DNA of 64,000 nucleotides from Escherichia phage AV124: sequence record OR352954. The stretch is one strand, 5' to 3'. A program made the translations under genes and the position numbers. This document shows, piece by piece, positions 18,862-29,341 of this stretch. The notes under the pieces are model-generated. The model did not search any database. It saw only the letters and a program-made list of their open reading frames with translations, and had not been told where the DNA came from. Each line of letters opens with the position of its first letter. Within the stretch, counting starts at the first letter, position 1.

Positions 18862-19695
18862 TTAGTTGCCGGACAAAGAGTCTTCCAAGGCTGAAAGGCG
18901 CTTGTCAAGATCCTCCTGCACCGCTATTGTTGCTCTAAGTATCCAGAATAAAAGCTCTTCTTTTCTGAAAGCGTACTCCTCGCCTGCTGGGTTATCACCA
19001 TTAGCTTCCCACTTATCATAGCAAAATGCTGAGTATTTCGTCCAATCAAGACCATACTTAAGCATAATCTTGATAGCATCTTGTACAGTAGGTCCCGAAT
19101 GGAGTCTAGCTAAACCTTTTTCAGAAGAGTATTTTGCCAACCATTGCCAGACAGAGTCTAGTTTTCCAATCTCATAGAACGCTTTTACTTCTGCGGTTGA
19201 AATTTGGCGAAGGTTGGTTTTCTTTTTCTTATTGGAAGTAGAAATCACACTATTCACAGCATAAACTTGATTCCAACGAAGAGCTGTAGTACCGTTTGAA
19301 ATAAAGTTATCCCGCTTAGGGTAAAATGCTGCTAATGATGTAGATATCTGGACACCATAAGATCTTTGCACTGGGCTTATAGATATTGTATCTGCATATG
19401 TCCCAACTTCGTTTCCAGAGGTGGCAAAATAATACCCATTAGATAGATTTTGCCACTTGTTTGAAAGACTGTCCAGAACTTGCTGGACAGTTGATCCTGA
19501 ATGTGTCCCGACCAAAGAGGCCCCTGAGACATCCATGATATCACCTTTCTTTAAGATTCCAATATCAGAAATGAACTTACTAATAGTGGTTTTTTCTGTA
19601 TCAACAGATGACTGGATGATTAGCTCATCAGTATCTGATACCAACACCTTATCAGAAAGATTTCTTATCTTAATGACTGGCAAATCAATTGACAT
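18862..19695 (-). CDS. tail fibre with C-terminal intramolecular-chaperone-like domain
   Basis: Start at ATG 19695 (MSIDLPVIKIRNLSD); C-terminal region resembles the self-cleaving chaperone domain of phage fibres. Confidence 0.45.
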   Translation of the reverse strand: MSIDLPVIKIRNLSDKVLVSDTDELIIQSSVDTEKTTISKFISDIGILKKGDIMDVSGASLVGTHSGSTVQQVLDSLSNKWQNLSNGYYFATSGNEVGTYADTISISPVQRSYGVQISTSLAAFYPKRDNFISNGTTALRWNQVYAVNSVISTSNKKKKTNLRQISTAEVKAFYEIGKLDSVWQWLAKYSSEKGLARLHSGPTVQDAIKIMLKYGLDWTKYSAFCYDKWEANGDNPAGEEYAFRKEELLFWILRATIAVQEDLDKRLSALEDSLSGN

Positions 19696-19756
19696 ATTAA
19701 CCTCGTTTTTAAGTCCCTCGTGACACGAAACGGATTTCTTTAAAGCCCCGTAACCG

Positions 19757-20557
19757 TTAGGCTGCAATCTTGCCAATCCGCTCCATCAGATATGCAAAAA
19801 TCACATCCTGGGCACTAGTCCCGTAGGAATACAGACCAGGTATCACTATTGCATCTGACAGTACAGACGTCAGAGGTGAAACAGACCCATCTCCTGCTCC
19901 GCCCAAATTCATTTTTTGAGACGTGGTGTATTCAGGTATCGTATAGCCAGTCACCTGTCTGGTTGTTACCGCAGACTGGTCAGACCTTTGGTATGCAATA
20001 GCGTAAGCCCCTGTATTTTTGTTAGAACACATAACCACGGCGCAAAACAGACCAGCCCCCATATTTGATGGAGTGAAAGGGACATCTGGCTGTGTGCCAC
20101 CATTAAAAAACACAGGGAAACTACCAGATGAAGTTGTGCGAATACCAACCCCATGAGGTGTTGTTTCTTGGGTTGCGATGGCTATCCTATCTGTCGGGGC
20201 TGATGATAATGCACCTGAAGGCAACTGGTAGATGAAGGCGAACGTATTGATGTTTGCGTCCATAACCACTTCGGTATCACCAGCCATACCGGATGCACCG
20301 GAGAAATTAATCCCCTGCAAAACAGGCCCATTCAGCTTTGTGGATGGCTCGAGGCCTGACTGGGAATTGAATTTTCCACCATCTACCCGGTTTGCGAGTG
20401 CGGAAACTTTTTGCCCGATCCCTAGTTTGATAAAATCAACCGTTGCAGGCGACCATATAGTGGGGTTTAAATTTGCCAGTGCTATTTCCGCAGCTGTCAA
20501 AGAATAAACGGGAAGCAATGGGTTATTTAACCCTGTGTCAGTGTAAAGAAGGCGCAT
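19757..20557 (-). CDS. structural protein (266 aa)
   Basis: ORF with RBS; Gly/Ser/Thr-rich. Confidence 0.45.
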   Translation of the reverse strand: MRLLYTDTGLNNPLLPVYSLTAAEIALANLNPTIWSPATVDFIKLGIGQKVSALANRVDGGKFNSQSGLEPSTKLNGPVLQGINFSGASGMAGDTEVVMDANINTFAFIYQLPSGALSSAPTDRIAIATQETTPHGVGIRTTSSGSFPVFFNGGTQPDVPFTPSNMGAGLFCAVVMCSNKNTGAYAIAYQRSDQSAVTTRQVTGYTIPEYTTSQKMNLGGAGDGSVSPLTSVLSDAIVIPGLYSYGTSAQDVIFAYLMERIGKIAA

Positions 20558-20569
20558 TTTTTTTTATCC

Positions 20570-23092
20570 TCAGAAAACGTTGATTCGAAAAGCCGGTAAC
20601 CAGTCGTAGAGGGTTACAGATGTATCGTATACCCACGCGATTCCGGCAGAAGATCTTACACACCCTCGTGCGCCCAAGGTCTTACCAGAAGGTTTGACAG
20701 TCGCACCGCTTTGAAGAGGATTTTCTACTGTCGCATAGGAAACCCGTCCAAAACGGCCAGTAGGAGCAGATGCTAGGTTAATCAGCACGCCCTTTCCGTC
20801 CGAGCTGATCGCTATGCTAGAAATGGCAGGGGGTGACGCCGATTCATCTGTGTAGTTAAAACCGTAATTTGCCAGGCCATCAATACTAATATTGGTCGTG
20901 TCTATCACCAGGTTGGTATACGAAGGGATGTTTATTTGTATTTGCGTGGGGGAGTTCCATACAAAACCATTCGGAACCATACCATACCAGCCGCTCGTAA
21001 ACCACTCCTGGATAATTGCTCTTGCCACAGCCGCTCCACGTTTATTTTGTGCAGCACAGGTGAGGTGCAAACCGTCCGTAATAAAATCGTACTGATACAA
21101 GGTATTTACGCAACGGAACTGCTCACGGCCATGTAGGTTGTTTACTGACATCCTTACACGCTGGCCTGTAAACGCACCATGCCCGTCATTGACATACCCC
21201 AGCTGGGTGATGGCGATGATCGGCGGTTCGTTTTGACCAGTCCTTGCCATGATGTCACTGATGACTTGCCTCTGGTACTGCTTCATCCTAGACTCATACA
21301 TCCCTTCCCGCAACCCAGACCAGTCCTCGTCTGACTCTCCTTGCATCCAGTCAACGCAGAGAACAATCGGCAGCCAGCCACGCGCTTTACAGGCCGTCAC
21401 GCAGTCTTCGATTGAATCCAGCATGTATTGGTACACGGCATTACCGCGTTTTTGGTACTCGTATGCCTGCCCGGATTGGGCACACACGATTGATAGTGTG
21501 CGCGGCATGATTCCGGTAGCTGCAGCCATATCGCGAATGAAGGTGTTTGCCAAGCCAGATGCTGCAGTCTCCTTATCAGTGCCGCTTACTGCCTCAACCA
21601 GTGGCACCAGAGTAGTGCTGCGTGCCCCCGTTCTCCTGACCCCGCCAGATAGCATAAACGCGTTATCAGGATAAACTGGCGTCGACGCGATAATGGTTTG
21701 ATCCGCATCTGGGCAATAGCCGCGTGCATTAGACTGCCCGGCAGTTACAAAAATGAAGCATACCGGAACATCTTCTGAATACGGGTAAGCCGTAGACCCT
21801 GACAAATGGAGTCCATACTCAGGGAGGATAGTCATATCATCGCCGCCACCCCCTCCACTCTCCTGGTTAACAAGAACCAAGCCGCTATCGGAGTAGATCC
21901 AGTGATGGCCGCCAACCGTGTAAGCCTCAACGATCTGGTTTGTCGTGGCGTCAACGATCATGCGCCACACCTTTTCACCGCCGATAAATTGCGGCACTGC
22001 CCCCTCAGTTCCGAGCGCATATAACTCAGCCTCTTGCGGCGTGAGCACTTCATAATATTTTCCGTCAGGACCAATTTGTATTAACCGCCCAGCGGCGTTT
22101 AAAAAAGGAGCCACTCTTTTTGTCTCCGGGTCATAACCCGCCAGGGCCACACTGTTTGATGATATCTGGTATGCGTAGTCGTCACGAGCTATCAACCTAT
22201 CTGTCGGATTAAGAACCCCTGAATTATTCACATACTCATTTGCTAGGGTTGAGTCTGAAGAATTTCTAACCCAACAATGTGCCCCATTTGGGATATTACC
22301 TGCCGCAACCTCATTCTGGGCTACCGCCAGCGATTCATATCCCCGGATGGTATTTATAATGGCCCCTGTTCCTGGAACAGCCGCGACTTCTTGAGCAACC
22401 CCTGCATTATTCTTGTACACTTTGAACGCTACAGAGCTACCACTTCCCTGAGGCACTTGGAAATATTGTCCATCCGTAGTTGCAGCAAGACCTTCACTAA
22501 CAGATGCGTATAAGTTTCCCAGCTCAGAGGCCTGCAATGCATATGCTTGTGCCTCATCTCTCGCATCTTCTGCTTGGTCTTTTGCCTCAACTGCTTCGTT
22601 TTTGATTTCTGTTACTTCATCGAGCAGACTCAAACCACCAACAGTTACCCATGCAGATGCTGAAACACCACCTGTTGTAGACGGGGTGGATTTTTCGGGT
22701 ACTGTCTTGGGGAATGTCCCTCCCCATGTGTAACATTGCGCTCCTGCAATATGCCAAATAGCATCGTTGGCATAGGTTAATGTTGCACCATCTTCGAAAG
22801 AACCTTCTACCAAAGTTAGCCCAAGATCATGAAGTGCTCTTCTCCATAATTCTCTCTCATTTGCACGGGCAGTGTCAAGACTTTGTTGGACATGTGTCCC
22901 ATCAGAGGTCCCTATAAGGGAGGCACCGCCATCCGCCGCCAAATCCCCTTTGTTAGCCAAGTCTAAGTCGGAGATAACCTGGGAGACAGTGGCCTTTTTG
23001 GTCTTATCTGGTTGTTCTACAACAAGGTAGTCGTCTCCGACCACTTGGGTTGCGGAGGGTAACTCCGCAATTTTAATTGTATCAAAGGCCAT
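20570..23092 (-). CDS. tailspike with SASA-type carbohydrate esterase domain
   Basis: Start at ATG 23092 (MAFDTIKIAELPSAT...) with RBS GGAGGG; shared N-terminal anchor motif; esterase signatures FVTAGQSNARG and WMQGESD. Confidence 0.65.
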   Translation of the reverse strand: MAFDTIKIAELPSATQVVGDDYLVVEQPDKTKKATVSQVISDLDLANKGDLAADGGASLIGTSDGTHVQQSLDTARANERELWRRALHDLGLTLVEGSFEDGATLTYANDAIWHIAGAQCYTWGGTFPKTVPEKSTPSTTGGVSASAWVTVGGLSLLDEVTEIKNEAVEAKDQAEDARDEAQAYALQASELGNLYASVSEGLAATTDGQYFQVPQGSGSSVAFKVYKNNAGVAQEVAAVPGTGAIINTIRGYESLAVAQNEVAAGNIPNGAHCWVRNSSDSTLANEYVNNSGVLNPTDRLIARDDYAYQISSNSVALAGYDPETKRVAPFLNAAGRLIQIGPDGKYYEVLTPQEAELYALGTEGAVPQFIGGEKVWRMIVDATTNQIVEAYTVGGHHWIYSDSGLVLVNQESGGGGGDDMTILPEYGLHLSGSTAYPYSEDVPVCFIFVTAGQSNARGYCPDADQTIIASTPVYPDNAFMLSGGVRRTGARSTTLVPLVEAVSGTDKETAASGLANTFIRDMAAATGIMPRTLSIVCAQSGQAYEYQKRGNAVYQYMLDSIEDCVTACKARGWLPIVLCVDWMQGESDEDWSGLREGMYESRMKQYQRQVISDIMARTGQNEPPIIAITQLGYVNDGHGAFTGQRVRMSVNNLHGREQFRCVNTLYQYDFITDGLHLTCAAQNKRGAAVARAIIQEWFTSGWYGMVPNGFVWNSPTQIQINIPSYTNLVIDTTNISIDGLANYGFNYTDESASPPAISSIAISSDGKGVLINLASAPTGRFGRVSYATVENPLQSGATVKPSGKTLGARGCVRSSAGIAWVYDTSVTLYDWLPAFRINVF

Positions 23093-23290
23093 TTTTTGCC
23101 CTCCAAGAAGTTTATTTAGAATAGTCAATGATGACTGTCATATAATTGTTAAAGCTTTACATGGCAGGGGTGGGCTATCATACCCGCAACGGTAGGCTGT
23201 TCTTCCCTAACCGTTGCAGGCCGTAGTTAGTGTGAATTGTTGCGTATGTCATTATTGTGGTCTATTTATACAAACAATAATATTCATAAA

Positions 23291-24970
23291 TTACATAGAT
23301 GGAAGTAGTGAAACGTTCACCGATCTAGCCAAACCATCTACGCTGGTAAGCAATACTGTAATTTCCCCATCTGTTGCTGATATAGACAAAGCAACCTTGA
23401 CCCCTGTGCCAGAAAGGCCAATCCTTCCAGAGTTTGCGACAATTCCGCTGGTGATGATATCAAGATAGAAGTTGTTTTCGTGCCTTACACCTATAGGTAT
23501 TTTTATATAATCACTCTGCGCAGTACTACCAATCCTACACTCAATCAATATGGCTCTGGTGATATACGTATCATATATGCCTTGCAAAATATTAGTTTTA
23601 GTGAATGATAATGTTGCGCCAGCAGATGCGGCAAGGATTCCTGAAGAAAGTGGCCCTATTATACGTCTACCATTGACTACCTGATTCATCCCCACGTTTA
23701 CATCGTCATTAATCCCAAGACATCCAGTAATAGACTTCCTTACCGTCGAGGCTTTTTGATTAATGGCAGATGTCACAAATCCAGTCATATCCGAGCCTGA
23801 AATAAGAAGTGTTCCACCTCCAGCCCCAAGTATTGACACGTTGAAAGATGGCGATGTTGTCCCGCCGTCTCCGCTATCGTTTGCACCCTTCCCGGTTCTT
23901 ACGTTTCCAATTTGTAACTTGCCATTATCAATGATGATGAAGTTAGCAGAGTAATCACTTCCCTCTGGCTGGCTTGCGCCGCATCGCCTTACGTCAGCGC
24001 CGGTTACAATCCATTGTGCATCTTTGCCAGCCACTACACCGCCACGCCCAGCGCGGTCGCACAATTCGCCAATAATTGTATTTTCTACGGACTCATAAGC
24101 ATAATAGTTGTCTGTGGCATTCCATTCGTTTCTGCATGAATCAAAGTTGTTGTTATTTGATCCACCAGTCAAGGCAACGCCGCGATTGTTTGCGTTAATC
24201 ACGCAAGCAACAAGGTTGGAATCAATCAGGTTTCTCACACCGTCACCGCACCCAGACACAGAACAACGGGTGGCAAACAACGTCCCGGTGTAACCAGACC
24301 AACCAAGACCAACCGTAAAGTTGTATATGCCGCAACCTTCAAATCGCGTGCCGTTAAATTGCTCTGAAGAATTGGTGGAATAGAGCAGATAAGTAGTTCT
24401 ATCTCTACCGTTAAAAACAATATCCCTGAAAACGTGCCTTTTGTTGGAGTAAAACGGGAACGTTTTTCCTGTAGCCACTTCAATCACAACGCCGCAATCG
24501 TCAAATGCACTGTCTGTCAATGGGTTGTATGGCCTAAAGCAACCCTCACCAATCATAAAGAAACCAGAAGGTAGTGTGGCAGGGGAGTTCCCAAAGATGT
24601 AGCGACCTTTTACCCTAGGCAGGCATAGTGTCATTACTCCGTCAGAAATAGCATCCTTTAACGCATAGTCACAATCAACCTTAGCCCCGGTTGTTGAAAG
24701 AAGGGTTGCACGGTCAGTATCGTTCAAATAGCTAAAAATTGACTTTTGCGTTATTTCATCAAGTGGCGCTTTGCCTTTGTATACTTTACCAGAACCATCC
24801 GGCTGCGCCAAAGCCGCCAGCGTTGACTGCCCAACAACATCTCCAAGATAATTTAAAACTTGAAATAAAGTTGCCTTCTTTGTATCGTCGGGTTGATCGA
24901 CCACGATCAGATCGTCTTCTGTTAGAGTGTCCGCGCTTGGCAACTCTGAAATTTTAACACTCTGTAGCAT
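23291..24970 (-). CDS. tailspike, beta-helix type (559 aa)
   Basis: Start at ATG 24970 (MLQSVKISELPSADT...) with RBS GAGGGG; same N-terminal anchor motif; Asn/Gly-rich repetitive body. Confidence 0.55.
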   Translation of the reverse strand: MLQSVKISELPSADTLTEDDLIVVDQPDDTKKATLFQVLNYLGDVVGQSTLAALAQPDGSGKVYKGKAPLDEITQKSIFSYLNDTDRATLLSTTGAKVDCDYALKDAISDGVMTLCLPRVKGRYIFGNSPATLPSGFFMIGEGCFRPYNPLTDSAFDDCGVVIEVATGKTFPFYSNKRHVFRDIVFNGRDRTTYLLYSTNSSEQFNGTRFEGCGIYNFTVGLGWSGYTGTLFATRCSVSGCGDGVRNLIDSNLVACVINANNRGVALTGGSNNNNFDSCRNEWNATDNYYAYESVENTIIGELCDRAGRGGVVAGKDAQWIVTGADVRRCGASQPEGSDYSANFIIIDNGKLQIGNVRTGKGANDSGDGGTTSPSFNVSILGAGGGTLLISGSDMTGFVTSAINQKASTVRKSITGCLGINDDVNVGMNQVVNGRRIIGPLSSGILAASAGATLSFTKTNILQGIYDTYITRAILIECRIGSTAQSDYIKIPIGVRHENNFYLDIITSGIVANSGRIGLSGTGVKVALSISATDGEITVLLTSVDGLARSVNVSLLPSM

Positions 24971-25057
24971 CTTATATTTACCCCTCTTCTTAACATTAGT
25001 ACATTTTACCACAAAGTTCAAAGATTTAAAAGAAGGGACCTTACGGTCCCTTGCTAA

Positions 25058-26701
25058 TCATGTTCCAAATCCAACAATTCTATATTTCAAGGATGAGTTG
25101 TTGGTTGTGATGGAGACAACAACACCACCATCGGTTGTCCCATCTACTGTGGACAAAGTAAAGAGTCTTGAACCACCTGTCGTAGAACCAGTTCCTGGTG
25201 TCTGGTCATGATTACCGATAACCGTATAAGTGACCACCCCTTCCCGGTTAGTAGCAATCAGTTCAACAGCCTGCGCCCAACTTGTTTGAGCAGAGGTCCA
25301 AACATCGATAAAAATTTTCTTGGTTGTCCGGTTCGGTATGGTGATAAGTTGAGTATCTCCGGCGGCATAAAGCCCTTTAGTCCTAGTGTGATATTCGATC
25401 CATTGTAGATTATAACCCGGACTGGAAGTTGTCGGTTCTTGAGAGGTGTAGGACCATCTTGTTACTTCCCCGACTTGGCTAACATGCTCAATTTTTCTTG
25501 AAAACTTATCTCTCAGCACGAAACTATAAGACCTCACACCATTGCTTTGGAGGTCTACGTCAGCCTCTTTAGGATTTGGGTAGCTCCCTGTACCACCTAC
25601 TTCGAACAGATCTTTTTTGCCAGCATCTGGCGCAATCCATCCATTTTTATCCATGTTGGCAAAGAATTCCTCAAATGCAAGCCAATACGATTCTTGATGC
25701 CCCAGAAGGTTGGGGTGAACAGTTTGCCCACTGTTAAACAATGAGCTAATGCCATACTTGGCAAGGGCATCGAACCAATATTTTTCGACATCGATAAGAA
25801 CACAACCCATTTCTACAGCAATCTGGCGAATAGCATCGTTTCCTCGCAAGAAACGATGGCCCACCGTAATGGTCACACCATTCCATACTAAATCTACATT
25901 TGACTCGGCAGCGGAAGGGATGATACTATCATCAGAAACGGGGGCCGGGGAAGGGGAAGGCCATACTTGGGCGACACCCGGAGGCATACTCCAAGAATAA
26001 ATGGGGATATTAGGATGTGGGGTGGTAGTAAGAATAACGTCACCACCTGCATCCCTAACATTTCTGATTGCAGCTCTTAATCTTTGCTTAAACCCATTCT
26101 CGTTGAAAGTCTGACCTGCGTTGTAGTTTGCTGTGGGAAAATCATTCATCCCATACACGAATAAGGCAATATCTGGATATGTCCCAGTAGCAACAACAGC
26201 AGGCCATTGGTCAACCAAAAAATTATTGATCGTTGACCCGTTTACAGACCTATTTACAAAGGATAGTGGATATATCCCACCTTTATTAATGGATTTGTTA
26301 AAGAATTCAAAGAATTTAGCCACAGGAGCTTGGGTGGCAGGATCTGGTAATGTTGCACCATTCCCCACAGAAGACCCAAATCCGTACAGTAGAAACTGCG
26401 TCTGCCCAGAGGCACCATGACGATAGGCGGTTAGTTTGTTAATAAGTTGGGGAAAGAGTGCCTGTGAATTCCCCGAAGCAGCCCTAATGGATTCCTCAAC
26501 TGTTTTACCTGTGGCTGTCCCTATAAGGCTCGCACCATCATCATCAGCAAACATAGTTTCTCTGGATATATCCATATCAGAAACTAGTTGACTTAAGGTT
26601 GTCTTTTTCGTAGCATCTACTTGCTCCACAACAAGCAGGTCAGTCCCTGCAAGTGTAGAGGATGGAGGAAGTTCCGAGATCCTTGTGGTTGGTATTGACA
26701 T
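25058..26701 (-). CDS. tailspike with SGNH/GDSL-type hydrolase-like domain
   Basis: N-terminal anchor MSIPTTRISELPPSSTLAGTDLLVVEQVDATKKTT; candidate SGNH blocks (YGFGSS, YGMND); RBS GGGAGAA. Confidence 0.55.
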   Translation of the reverse strand: MSIPTTRISELPPSSTLAGTDLLVVEQVDATKKTTLSQLVSDMDISRETMFADDDGASLIGTATGKTVEESIRAASGNSQALFPQLINKLTAYRHGASGQTQFLLYGFGSSVGNGATLPDPATQAPVAKFFEFFNKSINKGGIYPLSFVNRSVNGSTINNFLVDQWPAVVATGTYPDIALFVYGMNDFPTANYNAGQTFNENGFKQRLRAAIRNVRDAGGDVILTTTPHPNIPIYSWSMPPGVAQVWPSPSPAPVSDDSIIPSAAESNVDLVWNGVTITVGHRFLRGNDAIRQIAVEMGCVLIDVEKYWFDALAKYGISSLFNSGQTVHPNLLGHQESYWLAFEEFFANMDKNGWIAPDAGKKDLFEVGGTGSYPNPKEADVDLQSNGVRSYSFVLRDKFSRKIEHVSQVGEVTRWSYTSQEPTTSSPGYNLQWIEYHTRTKGLYAAGDTQLITIPNRTTKKIFIDVWTSAQTSWAQAVELIATNREGVVTYTVIGNHDQTPGTGSTTGGSRLFTLSTVDGTTDGGVVVSITTNNSSLKYRIVGFGT

Positions 26702-26713
26702 TTTTTCTCCCGA

Positions 26714-27328
26714 TTATTTAATAGTATTAATTGTGTTGTCTTCTGGCGTAACAATAGGCGTACTTTTACGAGTTAGTAATGATCCGGGGGTCACCGGATT
26801 TTCCATATCGCCTGCCCAAGTATTCCACCAAGTTGCATCACCAGTCTTAGGTAATCTAAAGTTGATAAGGTAGTATAACTTATTTCCCCAAGGTATCCAA
26901 CCCTCATCCCCGCAAAGAGTTGTTGTTTCAGGCACCGGCGTCGGGTAGTAGTAATCATCACCGCCTACGAAGGCTATTCTTACAATCTCCTGCTCTTTTG
27001 TTAAGACTTCAAAGAAGGCAGAATAGCTTCTTGTTGTATGGTCCATTACAGACTGGAAATCTGCAATTTCTAAAACATCTGGTTCAAGACGGGTTATTTC
27101 CTTTATCTTATTATCAAGGACCGTCTTCATAACCTTTTTGCTTATGTAGGTTCTATAGGGAAATCCAAAGGTCTCATCAAAATACCAATCCCCTGCCCAC
27201 ACATTAAACCTTAGCCATAAGCGCTGTCGTAGACTTACTTGATTGGAGTCTATCAACTGAAGACCTGTAGAAACATCAAGGTCTCCTGTTACCGGGTCCA
27301 TTAAGAAGTCAGAATAAAGTGTCGCCAT
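26714..27328 (-). CDS. structural protein (204 aa)
   Basis: RBS GGTGAGGAG; within the tailspike cluster. Confidence 0.45.
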   Translation of the reverse strand: MATLYSDFLMDPVTGDLDVSTGLQLIDSNQVSLRQRLWLRFNVWAGDWYFDETFGFPYRTYISKKVMKTVLDNKIKEITRLEPDVLEIADFQSVMDHTTRSYSAFFEVLTKEQEIVRIAFVGGDDYYYPTPVPETTTLCGDEGWIPWGNKLYYLINFRLPKTGDATWWNTWAGDMENPVTPGSLLTRKSTPIVTPEDNTINTIK

Positions 27329-27339
27329 TGCTCCTCACC

Positions 27340-28575
27340 TTAAAGTTGGTCTGGGAATGCGTTATTCTCAGAAATGATATTAGAAATTCCATCTACAATT
27401 GCGGTAGACGCCCTTTTAACGCCTATTCCAAGACCATTTTTTACAGTTACCGATCCTGTTACTGTTCCCTTGGCATTATCCAGCCAAGCACAACCCGCCT
27501 GATTGGCAATGGTCCCGGCGGTATTACCAAGACGCATATTCCCATCCATTACAACAGGTCCGTACTCAGTATCTCCATGAATATCACATGTTCCTGACTC
27601 TATAACAACCATACCGCCAGACACATTATGGTTAAAAGTCCCACCATTGAGTATCATTGTGGTTGTTTCATGATTAGATGCCCCTTGAGCAGATTGTCCT
27701 GGAGCATCTCCATTATAGCTACCATCACAACCATTGAGTATCATGAGGCCAGCGCCTCCAGTTGGGGCATGTTGTCCAAAACCATCGTTACTTATACGAT
27801 AAGCCTTTACATTGGTACATTCTATTCTTTCATTTCTTCCTGTACCACCAACGCCTCCATTAGCACAGTATTCAACCACAGAGTCATACACCGTTAGAAA
27901 ACCTGTACCAGCAGGTTGAGTTGATAAGCCGCAGGATATCCCATTAATCATACAATATCTTGAGACTACATCCCTTACCGTAAGTAACCCGAAACCAACC
28001 GTACCGACACCGAAGTTTCTTCTTGAAACCTCTATTTGATGGGTATTCGGGTCTGAATCATCAGGAAGCCTGACGTATATTGTCGAACCACTATAGCCGT
28101 ATTGTCCTAAACCTGGAGTTGTTGGGGTGGTAGTATTCTGGACAAGCTTAAGATAAAAATCATCTTTGTCGGCTATTGTCTCTGTCATCGTGGTAACAAC
28201 CACTTGCATTACAGATGTGTAATTTATAACCTTAGAATAAATGTTTCCAGAGAGTACCCATCCTGAAGTATGCATTTCAGAACCATATATGTGCCAAGGT
28301 TCATTGTCAATACCCTCCAAGAAAACATTCATGGAAGTATCAAAAATAACTTCCTGGCGTAAAGGGTTTGTTTCTGGTGCAGCAATTTTTATGACATAGT
28401 CAGGAAGCCCAGCGCAGAGACCTAGTGCGAGGGACAAGGAGTTGACAGGATTGTTTAATGATCCTGTTCCTGCTGCGGAACCTCTCACAGTATCAACATA
28501 AAGAGGGTTTGGTGGGTATGTCCTAAGGACCCCCGGCGTGGGAACTCCTGTTCTCCAAGTTTGGGTAACACTCAT
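27340..28575 (-). CDS. tailspike-like beta-helix protein (411 aa)
   Basis: Gly/Asn/Thr-rich repetitive sequence; lacks the N-terminal anchor motif; RBS AAGGTGG. Confidence 0.45.
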   Translation of the reverse strand: MSVTQTWRTGVPTPGVLRTYPPNPLYVDTVRGSAAGTGSLNNPVNSLSLALGLCAGLPDYVIKIAAPETNPLRQEVIFDTSMNVFLEGIDNEPWHIYGSEMHTSGWVLSGNIYSKVINYTSVMQVVVTTMTETIADKDDFYLKLVQNTTTPTTPGLGQYGYSGSTIYVRLPDDSDPNTHQIEVSRRNFGVGTVGFGLLTVRDVVSRYCMINGISCGLSTQPAGTGFLTVYDSVVEYCANGGVGGTGRNERIECTNVKAYRISNDGFGQHAPTGGAGLMILNGCDGSYNGDAPGQSAQGASNHETTTMILNGGTFNHNVSGGMVVIESGTCDIHGDTEYGPVVMDGNMRLGNTAGTIANQAGCAWLDNAKGTVTGSVTVKNGLGIGVKRASTAIVDGISNIISENNAFPDQL

Positions 28576-28576
28576 C

Positions 28577-29329
28577 TTATGCCACCTTTGTCAATCTTAC
28601 TGCCAGAAGAACAATAGCTGTTGCAACGGTATCGTTAGCTGATGTACCATTTCTACCGACACGGACAGTGGTATGTCTTGTTGGGTCAACAGTTAGATCT
28701 TGCAATATCTGTGATTCAACCGCAATATACGGTGTTGCATTTGCCACGGGAATTACTGCTCCGCCTGCTGGCGCTTGGTTGAATGATTCCCCTGCTGACC
28801 AACTGTTGATCAAACCTGAAAAGCTTACTGAACCAGAATTAGATACCATATTTGACCAGATCAAGGAGATTCTCATCTTTGTCCAATGGGACGGGAGGTC
28901 TATCATCTTTGATACGGAAGCATCTACACCGTGATTAAACTGCCAGCCCCCAAGACGTTGTGCGACAGCTCCGTAAGTTGCTGTTCCAATAACGAGATCG
29001 AAATCTTTCGCAGGAATGACTATGGAAGTTACAGCATTTTCAGGATCTGCGGTAATTGCGTCAACGGATGTTTGAAGTTCTGTAAATTGTTGTTTTGTTG
29101 GTAGCTGGCTAGCTGTCTGTTCTGCGCTATCTGCTGCTTGGACGGCTTCATCTTTGGCAGCAACCGCCTCATCCTTGATGTCAGTAATGTCTTGAATAAT
29201 TCCAATATCATTCATTGCCTTATCAAATGTAGCTTTCTTAGTTCCACCTGCCTGCTCAAATATGATAAGGTCGTTACCAGAAACGCTATCTGCATCAGGA
29301 AGCTCTGGAATACGGATTGTAAGACTCAT
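28577..29329 (-). CDS. receptor-binding protein with N-terminal anchor (250 aa)
   Basis: MSLTIRIPELPDADSVSGNDLIIFEQAGGTKKATF matches the anchor shared by three other spikes; RBS AAGGAAA. Confidence 0.5.
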   Translation of the reverse strand: MSLTIRIPELPDADSVSGNDLIIFEQAGGTKKATFDKAMNDIGIIQDITDIKDEAVAAKDEAVQAADSAEQTASQLPTKQQFTELQTSVDAITADPENAVTSIVIPAKDFDLVIGTATYGAVAQRLGGWQFNHGVDASVSKMIDLPSHWTKMRISLIWSNMVSNSGSVSFSGLINSWSAGESFNQAPAGGAVIPVANATPYIAVESQILQDLTVDPTRHTTVRVGRNGTSANDTVATAIVLLAVRLTKVA

Positions 29330-29341
29330 TATGTTTTCCTT

